Source: an uncultured Collinsella sp. (GTDB lineage Bacteria > Actinomycetota > Coriobacteriia > Coriobacteriales > Coriobacteriaceae). Taken from it: a stretch of 64,000 nucleotides of DNA. Made by a program: the position numbers and the translations under genes. The DNA lies in assembly GCA_900752545.1 (NCBI GenBank), contig CAADVS010000038.1, positions 6,083-70,082 of the forward strand. The letters are read 5' to 3'. Within the stretch, counting starts at the first letter, position 1. Every line of letters starts with the position of its first letter. The notes under the pieces are model-generated. The model was not told the DNA's origin. It did no database searches and saw nothing but the letters and a program-made list of their open reading frames with translations. This document shows positions 9,858 to 18,804 of the stretch, piece by piece.

Positions 9858-9895
9858 AACGCCACCGCCGAGCTCCCCTCCGGCGGTGGCGTTTT
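9858..9895 (+). terminator. Rho-independent terminator
   Basis: AACGCCACCGCCG...CGGCGGTGGCGTTTT. Confidence 0.65.
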
Positions 9896-10007
9896 CCATA
9901 TGCGTCCGCAGGGGATGCACGAGATTGTCTTTGGTCTAGCCCAACCGGCATACGCTGGCGTGCGACAATTGGGGCTGCCGATATCACAACACTGAGAGAA
10001 GCCCGTC

Positions 10008-10673
10008 ATGGAAGCGCATCAAAAGCAGATAACCGTTTATTCGAATCATACGGAAAGCGCGCCTGTCATCTACCTTCCTGTGGTCGTGGGCGACGGCAGC
10101 GAGGTTTATAAGTGTTGCCGAGAGCTCGACTGTCCGCCATTCGCCCTCGTCACCATTGGCGGGCTCGATTGGAATCGCGAGCTGAGCCCCTGGGCATGCG
10201 ACGGGACCGTACGCGATGCCGAGCCTTTCGGCGGCCAAGCTGCCGATTTTCTTGATGAGCTGCTGAATCAGATAATCCCCCAGGTCGAGTCGTCGCTTCC
10301 TCAGCCGCCCACCCGGCGCGGCATTGCCGGTTACTCGCTCGCGGGCCTCTTCGCACTCTGGTCCCTCTGGCAAACCGACGCCTTTGACCGCGCCGCGAGC
10401 GCATCGGGGTCGCTATGGTTTCCCGACTTTGTCGACCGTGCCAGCACGGCCCCTTTTGCCGGCAGCCCGCAAGCCGTCTACCTGTCACTCGGCAAAAAGG
10501 AAACCAAGACGCCCAACCGCATGATGCGGCATGTACTCGACGACACACGCGCGATGGAAGCGTTGCTCGTCGAGCGCGGCATTCCAACAACGCTGGAGCT
10601 CAACCCCGGCAATCACTTTGCCCAAACCGACTTACGCATGGCCCGCGGCATCCACTGGATACTGACACATTAA
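10008..10673 (+). CDS. Alpha/beta hydrolase (putative esterase, IroE-like)
   Basis: Nucleophile elbow GYSLAG, SASGSLWFP, C-terminal GNHF. Confidence 0.8.
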   Translation: MEAHQKQITVYSNHTESAPVIYLPVVVGDGSEVYKCCRELDCPPFALVTIGGLDWNRELSPWACDGTVRDAEPFGGQAADFLDELLNQIIPQVESSLPQPPTRRGIAGYSLAGLFALWSLWQTDAFDRAASASGSLWFPDFVDRASTAPFAGSPQAVYLSLGKKETKTPNRMMRHVLDDTRAMEALLVERGIPTTLELNPGNHFAQTDLRMARGIHWILTH

Positions 10674-10734
10674 AAATGGTGCCCACACGCATATACGCAT
10701 GGGCACCATATCTTGTTTTAGCTGAACGCAGCTG

Positions 10735-12069
10735 CTACTCAGCAGCCTCCTCAAGCTCGGAGACATCAAACTCAAAGTCGTTACCCGGCAGGATGGCGTT
10801 GAGCACAATGCCCACCAGTGAGCCCACGGCAATGCCGGACAGCGAAATCGTCACGCCGCCGAGCTCCAACACGATGGCGCCGGCGGTGCTGTACGCGATG
10901 CCGAGCGAAAGCACGAGCACCAGCGCGGCAACCAGCACGTTGCGGTTGTTCTGGAAATCGACCTGGTTCTCGATGAGGTTGCGGACGCCCACAGCGCTGA
11001 TCATGCCGTAGAGCACGAGCGACACACCGCCGATCACACACGCCGGCATGGCCGCAATGACAGCCGCGAACTTGGGGCAGAACGAAAGCACGATGGCGCA
11101 ACACGCGGCAATTCGAATTACGCGCGGGTCGAACACGCGCGTCAGGGCGAGCACGCCGGTGTTCTCACCATACGTAGTGTTGGCCGGAGCGCCAAAGAGC
11201 GAAGCCAGAATCGTGGCAAGGCCGTCGCCGAGCAGCGTGCGATGCAGACCGGGATCGGCAATGTAGTTGCACTCGCAAGTCGAACCGATAGCAGAGATAT
11301 CGCCGATATGCTCGATCATGGTCGCGAAGGCCAGCGGCATGATGGTGATGATGGCCGTCGTGGCAAGACCGCTATCGAACTGCGGCCCAAAGAGTGCAAA
11401 CACGGTGTTGTCCCACACGATGGGCAGACCGACCCACGGAGCGGCGGCAACGCCCGAGAAATCAACCTCGCCGAGCGCAGCCGCAACGGCATAGCTCACC
11501 ACAACGCCCAGCAAAATCGGCACGATCTTGACCATGCCACGGCCCCAGATGTTGCAGATGACGATAACGGCAACGCCAATGACAGCCACAAGCCAGTTGG
11601 TCTGGCAGTTAGCAATAGCGGAACTTGCCAGGATCAAGCCGATGGAAATGACGATGGGGCCAGTCACCACCGGCGGAAAGAAACGCATGACACGCTTGGC
11701 GCCAAACGCGCGGAAGAACGCCGCCAGCACCGGATAGAACAGACCGGCACAAGCTACGCCCAGGCAGGCGTAGGGCAAAAGCTCGGTCTCGCCGTTGGGC
11801 GCGATTGCGGCATAACCGGCAATAAAGGCAAACGATGAGCCCAAAAATGCCGGCACCTTACCGCGCGACAGGAAGTGGAACAGCAGCGTGCCCAAGCCGG
11901 CAAACAAAAGCGTTGCCGATACCGAGAGGCCGGTGAGCACGGGCACCAGCACGGTGGCGCCAAACATGGCAAACAGGTGCTGTAGGCCGAGCAGAAACAT
12001 GCGCGGGCGGCCGAGCGACGATGCGTCGTAGATGGCATCGCTGACGGCGGGCGTCGAGGACTGGGACAT
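10735..12069 (-). CDS. uraA: Uracil/xanthine permease (UraA-like NCS2)
   Basis: LGLQHLFAMFGATVLVP, PAFLGSSFAFI, EHIGD, NTTYGENTGV. Confidence 0.88.
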   Translation of the reverse strand: MSQSSTPAVSDAIYDASSLGRPRMFLLGLQHLFAMFGATVLVPVLTGLSVSATLLFAGLGTLLFHFLSRGKVPAFLGSSFAFIAGYAAIAPNGETELLPYACLGVACAGLFYPVLAAFFRAFGAKRVMRFFPPVVTGPIVISIGLILASSAIANCQTNWLVAVIGVAVIVICNIWGRGMVKIVPILLGVVVSYAVAAALGEVDFSGVAAAPWVGLPIVWDNTVFALFGPQFDSGLATTAIITIMPLAFATMIEHIGDISAIGSTCECNYIADPGLHRTLLGDGLATILASLFGAPANTTYGENTGVLALTRVFDPRVIRIAACCAIVLSFCPKFAAVIAAMPACVIGGVSLVLYGMISAVGVRNLIENQVDFQNNRNVLVAALVLVLSLGIAYSTAGAIVLELGGVTISLSGIAVGSLVGIVLNAILPGNDFEFDVSELEEAAE

Positions 12070-12191
12070 GGATGTCCTTTCGAATGGAAGGGCGATCAGG
12101 CATATCGGATAACCTGCCCGAACGATACGATCCGAACCATTGTACGCGATACACTATGCCTCGCACGCGCCGCCACCTGCAAACACTAGCG

Positions 12192-13325
12192 CTATTTCCA
12201 AACGCGCTCGGCAATGCGCTTGACCAGCGCGATCTTTGCCCATTGCTCATCCTCGGTCAGCTTGTTGCCAATCTCGCAGCTGGCAAAGCCGCACTGAGGC
12301 GACAGATACAGGTTCTCGAGCGGCACGTACTTTGCGGCTTCACGGATGCGCTCGACGATAACATCCTCGTTCTCGAGCTCTGCCGCCTTGGTGGTTACCA
12401 AGCCCAGCACGACCTTCTTGCCCGGGGCAACGTACTTGAGCGGCTCAAAACCGCCGGCGCGCGGCGTATCGAACTCCAGGTAAAATGCATCGACATCCTC
12501 GTTTGCGAACAGGTACGGCGCGATGGGGTCATAGCCGCCCTCGAAGGCATAGGTGGAGTGGTAGTTGCCGCGGCACACATGCGTGTTGATGACCAGATCG
12601 TCGGGCTTGTCCGCGATGGCGGCATTGTTGAGCGCCACGCCCAGCTCGCTTACCTTTTGCAGGTCGACCGGGCTCATGCCGGTTTTGGCGACAAAATCGG
12701 TGTCGCAGTAGATGCCCCAGGTGCAGTCATCAAACTGGATGTTGCGGCAGCCTGCTGCGTACAGGTCGGCGATCACCGTGCGATAAGCGGCTGCGATGGC
12801 GTCGGCAAGTTCCTCATCGGTCTTATAGACAGCGCGCAGGCTCTCCTGCTGGCCGTCGCAGCGGTCGAGCGTGACTTCGGAGAACGTCTGGATCGGCGCC
12901 GGAATGGTTTGCCGCGCGACCTGGCCCTCCCCCTCGAGCACCTTGACAAATTTAAAGTGCTCGACGAACGGATGGTTCTCGCCGCTAATGGGGCCGGTTA
13001 CCACGGCGGTGTCGGCTGTGGTCTCCTCGTCGTGGAACATATAGCCCGTACGCGAGGTACGGCGTTCAATGCCGTTGAGCCCCCACATAAAGTCGAGGTG
13101 CCAGTAACTGCGGCGAAACTCGCCATCGGTAATCACCTGCAGGCCAGCGGACTTTTGCTTGTCCACCAGGTCGCGAATGGCCTCATCCTCGACGGCCTTA
13201 AGGCCGGCGGTGTCGAGTGTGCCCGCAGCATAGGCGGCACGGGCGTCCTTTACGGCCTGTGGACGAAGAAAGCTGCCGACGATATCGGCGCGAAACGGCG
13301 CATTCAGCGTGGTTAAAGCACTCAT
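12192..13325 (-). CDS. Cobalamin-independent methionine synthase, single-domain (core MetE) type
   Basis: ADIVGSFLRP, TDGEFRR, Zn ligands THVCRGN, LEFD, LSPQCGFAS; ~377 aa. Confidence 0.88.
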   Translation of the reverse strand: MSALTTLNAPFRADIVGSFLRPQAVKDARAAYAAGTLDTAGLKAVEDEAIRDLVDKQKSAGLQVITDGEFRRSYWHLDFMWGLNGIERRTSRTGYMFHDEETTADTAVVTGPISGENHPFVEHFKFVKVLEGEGQVARQTIPAPIQTFSEVTLDRCDGQQESLRAVYKTDEELADAIAAAYRTVIADLYAAGCRNIQFDDCTWGIYCDTDFVAKTGMSPVDLQKVSELGVALNNAAIADKPDDLVINTHVCRGNYHSTYAFEGGYDPIAPYLFANEDVDAFYLEFDTPRAGGFEPLKYVAPGKKVVLGLVTTKAAELENEDVIVERIREAAKYVPLENLYLSPQCGFASCEIGNKLTEDEQWAKIALVKRIAERVWK

Positions 13326-13411
13326 AGATATCTCCCTTTGCATTGGTTGCTTCACTGGAACAGAGTATGAGCGCTCATATGGCCATCGCAAAATATACGT
13401 TTATAACAGTT

Positions 13412-13434
13412 TGATATAGATGCTTCCTATATCA
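13412..13434. promoter_or_regulatory. MetR/MtaR-like LysR operator upstream of the methionine synthase
   Basis: Palindrome TGATATAG-atgcttc-CTATATCA containing TATAG-N7-CTATA. Confidence 0.6.
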
Positions 13435-13480
13435 GTTTGGACTGCCATAAAGAGATTTGGCCCGTGCAGAATGCAGCAGT

Positions 13481-14377
13481 CTATATGTGCTGACGAATCA
13501 CGTCGATATAGGCTTGGCCGTAGCGCGTAAGCGTCGTGTTCTTACGCGTGATGATGCCGATCTCCATGTACTCGTCTACATCGAGCGGAATCGAGATGAT
13601 GCCGGGCCCGTTGAGCTCGTGACTGATCACGCCTGAGCATACCGTGTAGCCGTTGAGGCCCATGACCAGGTTGAACAACGTCGCACGGTCACGCACGCGG
13701 ATATTCTTGCGGCGCTCAAAGGTCGAGGTCAGCTCCTCAGAATAGTAGAACGAGTTATAGCTGCCCTGCTCATAGGACAAAAACGGGTAGTCTTCCAAGT
13801 CCTCGAGCGTCACGCTGGAGCGGCCCGCCAGCGGATGGTCGGCGCACACAAAAACGTGCGGCGTGGCGCAGAAGAGCCCTTCGAACACGAGCTCGTTGGC
13901 CGCCAGCATGCGCTCGATGACCTCGCGATTGTGCTCGGACAAGTACAAGATGCCGAGTTCGCTTTTCATATGCGCGACGTCCTCGATAATCTCGTGAGTC
14001 TGCTCCTCGCGCAGGGTAAAGTCGTAGCGCGCGGCATCGAACTCACGGATCACATCGACAAACGCGTTGACGGCAAAGGAATAATGCTGGCAGCTCACAC
14101 TAAAGTGCGGCACCTGCTCGGACTCTCCCTTGTACTTACCTTCGAGCAGATCGGCCTGGTCAAGCACCTGTCGCGCGTAGCCCAAGAAGGTCTCGCCTTC
14201 CTCGGACACAATGACGCCCTTGTTGGTGCGCTCAAAGATGTGCACGCCCATCTCGTTTTCGAGATCGCGAATCGATGCGGTAATCGAAGGCTGCGACACA
14301 AAGAGCCGGCGCGAGGCCTCGGTGATGCTGCCGCATTCGGCAACTTTGACGACATACCTGAGCTGCTGAAGCTTCAT
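13481..14377 (-). CDS. LysR family regulator (MetR/MtaR-like)
   Basis: MKLQQLRY...GSITEASRRLFVSQPSIT HTH; RVRDRATLFNL..GLNGYT C-terminal signature. Confidence 0.88.
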   Translation of the reverse strand: MKLQQLRYVVKVAECGSITEASRRLFVSQPSITASIRDLENEMGVHIFERTNKGVIVSEEGETFLGYARQVLDQADLLEGKYKGESEQVPHFSVSCQHYSFAVNAFVDVIREFDAARYDFTLREEQTHEIIEDVAHMKSELGILYLSEHNREVIERMLAANELVFEGLFCATPHVFVCADHPLAGRSSVTLEDLEDYPFLSYEQGSYNSFYYSEELTSTFERRKNIRVRDRATLFNLVMGLNGYTVCSGVISHELNGPGIISIPLDVDEYMEIGIITRKNTTLTRYGQAYIDVIRQHI

Positions 14378-14387
14378 AGCTTTCTCC

Positions 14388-15296
14388 CTAGACGTTCGTG
14401 ACGTCGAAACCCGTCGCATCCATCTGACGCATAAACGGCGGCATCTCCCCCGTCGCGGCGCAGTCGGCAATCTGATGCAGAGCCCCGGCAACCGCATCGT
14501 CTGCCGCAGCGCCGATATGCCAGCGCGCGGCAGCCGTAACAGCCTCGTTGGCATTGGCGACTGCAACGGAGTTGGGAACGGCATCGATCATGGGCAGATC
14601 GTTATCGGAATCACCGAACACGGCCACCTCGTCGGGCGTCAGACCCAGGGCACGCGCCAGCTCCAGGGCGGCGCAGCCCTTGTCCCAACCGGCCGGGAGA
14701 ATATCGAACAGGCGCACACGATTGTTTGGAAACACAAGCGAGAGCTCCGGCACCTCGGCGGCAACGCGCTCGCGTAGCCCCACGAGCTCTTCGCGCGAGC
14801 GGGCACTCCAAATATTCGCCTTAAACACCGGGGCATCATCGACAACAGGACGGCACGGGGCCTCTTCGCCTTTGAGCCACGTATTACCGCCCGACTCCAT
14901 GGCGCGGCGCACGCGCTCGGGGTCGCTCGTCACGCAATAGGCATCGTTACCCCAAAAGTCATCACCCAGGCTGTAGACCTTCAGGTACGTATCATCGGTC
15001 TCCTGTTCCAAATAGTCAGCCAAGCGCATAAGGGCGGCATTGTCGGTCGCGCGCGAAGCGACCGCCTGACCGTCGACAAACATTACCTGGCCGTTGCAGA
15101 ACGCGCCGGTCGAGAAGCACTCGGCGCAATTGCGGAACATCCAGCCCATCGCGGACGGCTGGCGGCCCGAAACCGGTCCAAAGTGCAGACCCGCCGCCTG
15201 CATGGCATGAATGCCCTCGATGGCGTAGTCGCTGGCGCCGTCATGCCCAGCCGGAATCAGCGTATCGTCCATATCGGTCAGCACAAGTTTAATCAT
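14388..15296 (-). CDS. Cof-type HAD-IIB hydrolase
   Basis: DMDDTL motif I, SGR, DKG, FGDSDND motif IV. Confidence 0.88.
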   Translation of the reverse strand: MIKLVLTDMDDTLIPAGHDGASDYAIEGIHAMQAAGLHFGPVSGRQPSAMGWMFRNCAECFSTGAFCNGQVMFVDGQAVASRATDNAALMRLADYLEQETDDTYLKVYSLGDDFWGNDAYCVTSDPERVRRAMESGGNTWLKGEEAPCRPVVDDAPVFKANIWSARSREELVGLRERVAAEVPELSLVFPNNRVRLFDILPAGWDKGCAALELARALGLTPDEVAVFGDSDNDLPMIDAVPNSVAVANANEAVTAAARWHIGAAADDAVAGALHQIADCAATGEMPPFMRQMDATGFDVTNV

Positions 15297-15336
15297 AAGG
15301 CCCCCTCGGTCATTCTTAATCCCATCTATTGTACCG

Positions 15337-15438
15337 ACCTGCCAAAAAGGGACAGGTTTATTTCGGCAGGTTTCATCTGGGAAAACGCAAAGTCCCAGTT
15401 GTTACCTGCCAAAATAAACCTGTCCCTTTTTGGCAGGT
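15337..15438. repeat. Inverted doublet of family-A REP-like palindromes (REPIN/BIME-like)
   Basis: ACCTGCCAAAAAGGGACAGGTTTATTTCGGCAGGT (15337-15371) and its near reverse complement (15404-15438). Confidence 0.8.
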
Positions 15439-15462
15439 GCGCTAGTATAGGGAACAACAGAT

Positions 15463-15558
15463 TCGATGCGGGAGTGCCGGCGGTGCAAACCACAAGGCTG
15501 AGAGGGCATGGGGCCCAATCCTTTGAACCTGTCAGTTAATGCTGGCGTAGGGAGCATG
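15463..15558 (+). ncRNA. TPP riboswitch
   Basis: GGGAGTGC...GGCTGAGAG...CCTTTGAACCTG..AGTTAATGCTGGCGTAGGGAGC, directly upstream of thiM; followed by hairpin + T-run at 15569-15599. Confidence 0.92.
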
Positions 15559-15621
15559 CCGCCTTTACAGGGGCGCTGTCTATGCACAGCGCCCCTTTTC
15601 TATGCCAAGGAGGCATGTGCA

Positions 15622-16461
15622 GTGATTGATTCGGAACAGCTTAAGCAGCATATGGTCAAGGCCGTGGAGGAGATTCGCGCCACCAATCCGATGGCCGGCT
15701 CCATCACCAACACGGTGACGATCGACTTTGTCGCCAACGCACAGCTCGCCGTGGGCGGATCGGCCGCCATGGTCTATCTGCCCGACGAAGGCGAGGCACT
15801 CGTTGCCGGCGGCGGCGCCATCTATCTCAACATGGGCACGCTCTTCCCCATCTACGAGCAGACGATTCCCCGAGCGGCCAAGGCGGCACACGACGCCGGC
15901 AAGCCCTGGGTGCTCGATCCGGTGGGCCTGGGCATCGGTAGCCTGCGCACCCAGCTGGTAAACGAGCTCAAGCAGTACAAGCCCGCCATCGTGCGCGGCA
16001 ATGCCTCCGAGATCATTGCGCTCGCCGGCCTGTGGGGTCTTGAGGGCGAGGCGGCCGATCTGAGCCGCGTACGCGGCGTCGATACCACCGACACGGTCGA
16101 CGCCCCCCGCGATGCCGCCGTGGCGCTCGCCCACTACACCGGCGGCGCCGTGGTCGTCTCGGGCGAAGTCGACCTGATTACCGACGGCACGACCGTGGCC
16201 AAGTCCCACGGCGGCAGCCCGCTCATGTCCAAGATCACCGGCTGCGGCTGCTCGCAGGGCGGCGTGCTGGCCGTGTACGCCTGCGCCGCCGACCCGTTTA
16301 CGGCAGCCGTCTGCGGCACCGCCGTCTACAACGTTGCCGGCACGCGTGCCGCCGCCGTCGCCGATGCCCCGGCAAGCTTTAAGGTCGCCTTTATCGACGA
16401 GCTCTACCGCGCGACCGCCCAGGACATCGCCGATAACCAACTCGAGCTCGAGGAGGCATAA
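15622..16461 (+). CDS. thiM: Hydroxyethylthiazole kinase
   Basis: ITNTVTIDFVANAQLAVGGS, PWVLDPVG, RGNASEI, ITGCGC; GTG start after AAGGAGG. Confidence 0.92.
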   Translation: MIDSEQLKQHMVKAVEEIRATNPMAGSITNTVTIDFVANAQLAVGGSAAMVYLPDEGEALVAGGGAIYLNMGTLFPIYEQTIPRAAKAAHDAGKPWVLDPVGLGIGSLRTQLVNELKQYKPAIVRGNASEIIALAGLWGLEGEAADLSRVRGVDTTDTVDAPRDAAVALAHYTGGAVVVSGEVDLITDGTTVAKSHGGSPLMSKITGCGCSQGGVLAVYACAADPFTAAVCGTAVYNVAGTRAAAVADAPASFKVAFIDELYRATAQDIADNQLELEEA

Positions 16462-16464
16462 GCC

Positions 16465-16806
16465 ATGTCCGAGCCCGCAACCAATGCCGGCATGAACACA
16501 CTCGTCGCCGTGGCCATCGCCCCGTGCGGCACCGGCGATGAACTGTCCGCCGAGGTCGCCGAGGTCGTGCGCGTCATTCGCGAGAGCGGCCTTCCCAACC
16601 GCACCACCTCGATGTTCACCGAGATCGAGGGTGACTGGGACGAGGTCATGCAGGTCGTGCGCGACGCAACCTTTGTGTTGGCGAGCAAGGGCATCCGCAC
16701 CGAAGTCGTGCTCAAAGCCGATATTCGACCCGGATTTACCGACACTATGACCGGCAAGCTCGAGCGCATGGAAGCACAGATCAAAAAGCAGGAGGAAGCA
16801 CGATGA
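16465..16806 (+). CDS. Thiamine-binding protein (MTH1187/YkoF family)
   Basis: S.EVA.VV.VIRESGLP..T.SMFTEIEG.WDEVM; located in the thi operon. Confidence 0.85.
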   Translation: MSEPATNAGMNTLVAVAIAPCGTGDELSAEVAEVVRVIRESGLPNRTTSMFTEIEGDWDEVMQVVRDATFVLASKGIRTEVVLKADIRPGFTDTMTGKLERMEAQIKKQEEAR

Positions 16807-17498
16807 GCATCCGCGACAACCTTGATATCTCGGCCTATCTGGTACTCGGCCCCGAAAACACGCTCGGGCGTCCCGTGGGCGATGTGGTGGCCCAGGCGCT
16901 CGACGCAGGCTTTACCTGCATCCAGGTGCGCTCCAAGGTGGCAAGTGCCCGCGAGATCATCGCGCTGACGGGCGACGCCGCGCAGGCAATCGCACAGGCC
17001 GGCAAGACCGGTCAGGTCGCCCTGCTGATCGACGACCGCCTGGACTGCGTACTCGCCGCGCGCGAGCAGGGCATCGCTGTCGACGGCGTGCACGTTGGCC
17101 AGAGCGATATTCCCGTCGAGGTCTGCCGCAAACTTTTGGGCCCCGATGCCATTGTGGGCCTTTCGGCCCGTTGCGAGGAGATGCTCGAGTACGTCAAGAC
17201 CGCCGACATGAGCCTGGTCGACTACCTGGGCATCGGCCCGCTCCACGAGACCGAGACCAAGCGCGACTGCGGACGCGCGGCCGACGGCTCTATCATCACC
17301 AAGAGCTTTGAGGACTTGGCCGCACTCCACGCGGCAAGCCCCGTGCCCATCGTGGTGGGCGGCGGCGTCAAGACGGCCGACCTGCCACAGCTCAAGGCCA
17401 CCGGCGTCGATGGCTTCTTTGTGGTGAGCGCCGTCTGCAGTGCCGACGACCCCTACGCCGCCGCCAAGGAGCTCGTCGATACCTGGCAGCAGGCATAG
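16803..17498 (+). CDS. thiE: Thiamine-phosphate synthase
   Basis: IQVRSK, LIDDR, DGVHVGQSD, DYLGIGPLHETETK. Confidence 0.9.
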   Translation: MSIRDNLDISAYLVLGPENTLGRPVGDVVAQALDAGFTCIQVRSKVASAREIIALTGDAAQAIAQAGKTGQVALLIDDRLDCVLAAREQGIAVDGVHVGQSDIPVEVCRKLLGPDAIVGLSARCEEMLEYVKTADMSLVDYLGIGPLHETETKRDCGRAADGSIITKSFEDLAALHAASPVPIVVGGGVKTADLPQLKATGVDGFFVVSAVCSADDPYAAAKELVDTWQQA

Positions 17499-17610
17499 GC
17501 TCAAGCCGAGCAGCCGATTCGCAGCCTCATATCTTCAGCGATGGAAAGCGCATCCCAGTTTGGACCTCCATTCCGGGATGCGCTTCCCGCCGAGATGGCG
17601 GCAGCAGCCT

Positions 17611-18480
17611 CTACCCTGCCAGATATGTCTCCAGTGCCGGCAAGGTTGCCTCCGCATCGCGGCGGCCGATCTGATAGATGCGTTCGAGTTCATCGGGCTC
17701 GCGGCACAGCGACGGCACCTTCACCGATTCGCTCGGCCGCACCACAAAGATTTCGCCGGCAGCCTCGCGACGCGCCAGGTCATCGAGCGTAGCATTGTAG
17801 ACCTCATGCCGATGCTCAAGCGCTGCGACAAACTCCGGGTAGTGACGGAACACGCGCCGCAGCATGGGCATCACGCTGTTGGGCTGCTTCACAAAGCCCG
17901 CCGGCTGCGTGAGCACCACGATATTGCGGTCATACCCCTGCGCAAACAGCCATGCGCTGGGAATAGAATCGGCCACGCCACCATCCAGATACTTGCGGCC
18001 CTCAATGGCGACAGGACGCGTCGCCACGGGAATTGCCGATGACGCCCGGATCCACTCGATATCCCTCTCGTCGCCATAGGGCAGGTCGTGGTAGACGGCC
18101 TTGCCCGTCTCGATATCGGTACACACGCACGTAAACCGCATGGGGCAGGCGCGATATGTCTCCAGGTCAATGGGATCGCGCTCGATAGGCACCTCGCGAT
18201 AGGCAAAATCGGCATTGAACATATCGCCGGTCCGCAGCCAGCTTGCTACACCCGCATAGCGCTTATCGGCACAATAGGCCTTGTTATAGCGAATGGCACG
18301 ACCGATCTGGCGCGACTTGAAGTTACAGCCAAACGCTGCGCCCGCCGAGACGCCCACCATATGGTCGCAGGTCAAACCGTGCTCCATCCAAACGTCGAGC
18401 ACGCCCGCCGTATACATACCGCGGTAGCCGCCTCCCTCGAGCGCGAGCCCCACCGTGCGCGTCATAGTTGACTGTGCCAT
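17611..18480 (-). CDS. Patatin-like phospholipase
   Basis: LEGGGYRG, GVSAG, YLDGG. Confidence 0.9.
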   Translation of the reverse strand: MAQSTMTRTVGLALEGGGYRGMYTAGVLDVWMEHGLTCDHMVGVSAGAAFGCNFKSRQIGRAIRYNKAYCADKRYAGVASWLRTGDMFNADFAYREVPIERDPIDLETYRACPMRFTCVCTDIETGKAVYHDLPYGDERDIEWIRASSAIPVATRPVAIEGRKYLDGGVADSIPSAWLFAQGYDRNIVVLTQPAGFVKQPNSVMPMLRRVFRHYPEFVAALEHRHEVYNATLDDLARREAAGEIFVVRPSESVKVPSLCREPDELERIYQIGRRDAEATLPALETYLAG

Positions 18481-18804
18481 GCGACCATCTCCATCCCCAC
18501 AAATTCAAACGGAACAAGTATACCCGTCAACATATACCGCCCCAGTCGCATTTTTATCGAACATCGCATCATCGCGCTGCCGTTTGTCGAATAATAGCCA
18601 CCCACAGCATGTGTACCCCTATATAATTTTGCACTGTTGTTTATACTACTCAGCAGTTATCAACAGCGAACATTAGCCGGCAAAGTAACCCAACAACGCA
18701 GCAAGGCGGGGGCCTGGATACACGCAAAACGCTGAGCAACGATGCGTGTACACAACGAGCTCGCCCGACGCAATCCGCTCCGACTTCAGAAAGCCGCTTA
18801 GAAC

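Noticed and set aside
12070..12190. PyrR-binding attenuator upstream of uraA
   Set aside because: No AGTCC.G.GAGG loop on the minus strand.
18660..18804. c-di-GMP-I riboswitch before the GGDEF/EAL gene
   Set aside because: GGCAAA and ACGCAAA occur, but spacing, GAAA tetraloop stem and P2 do not fit.
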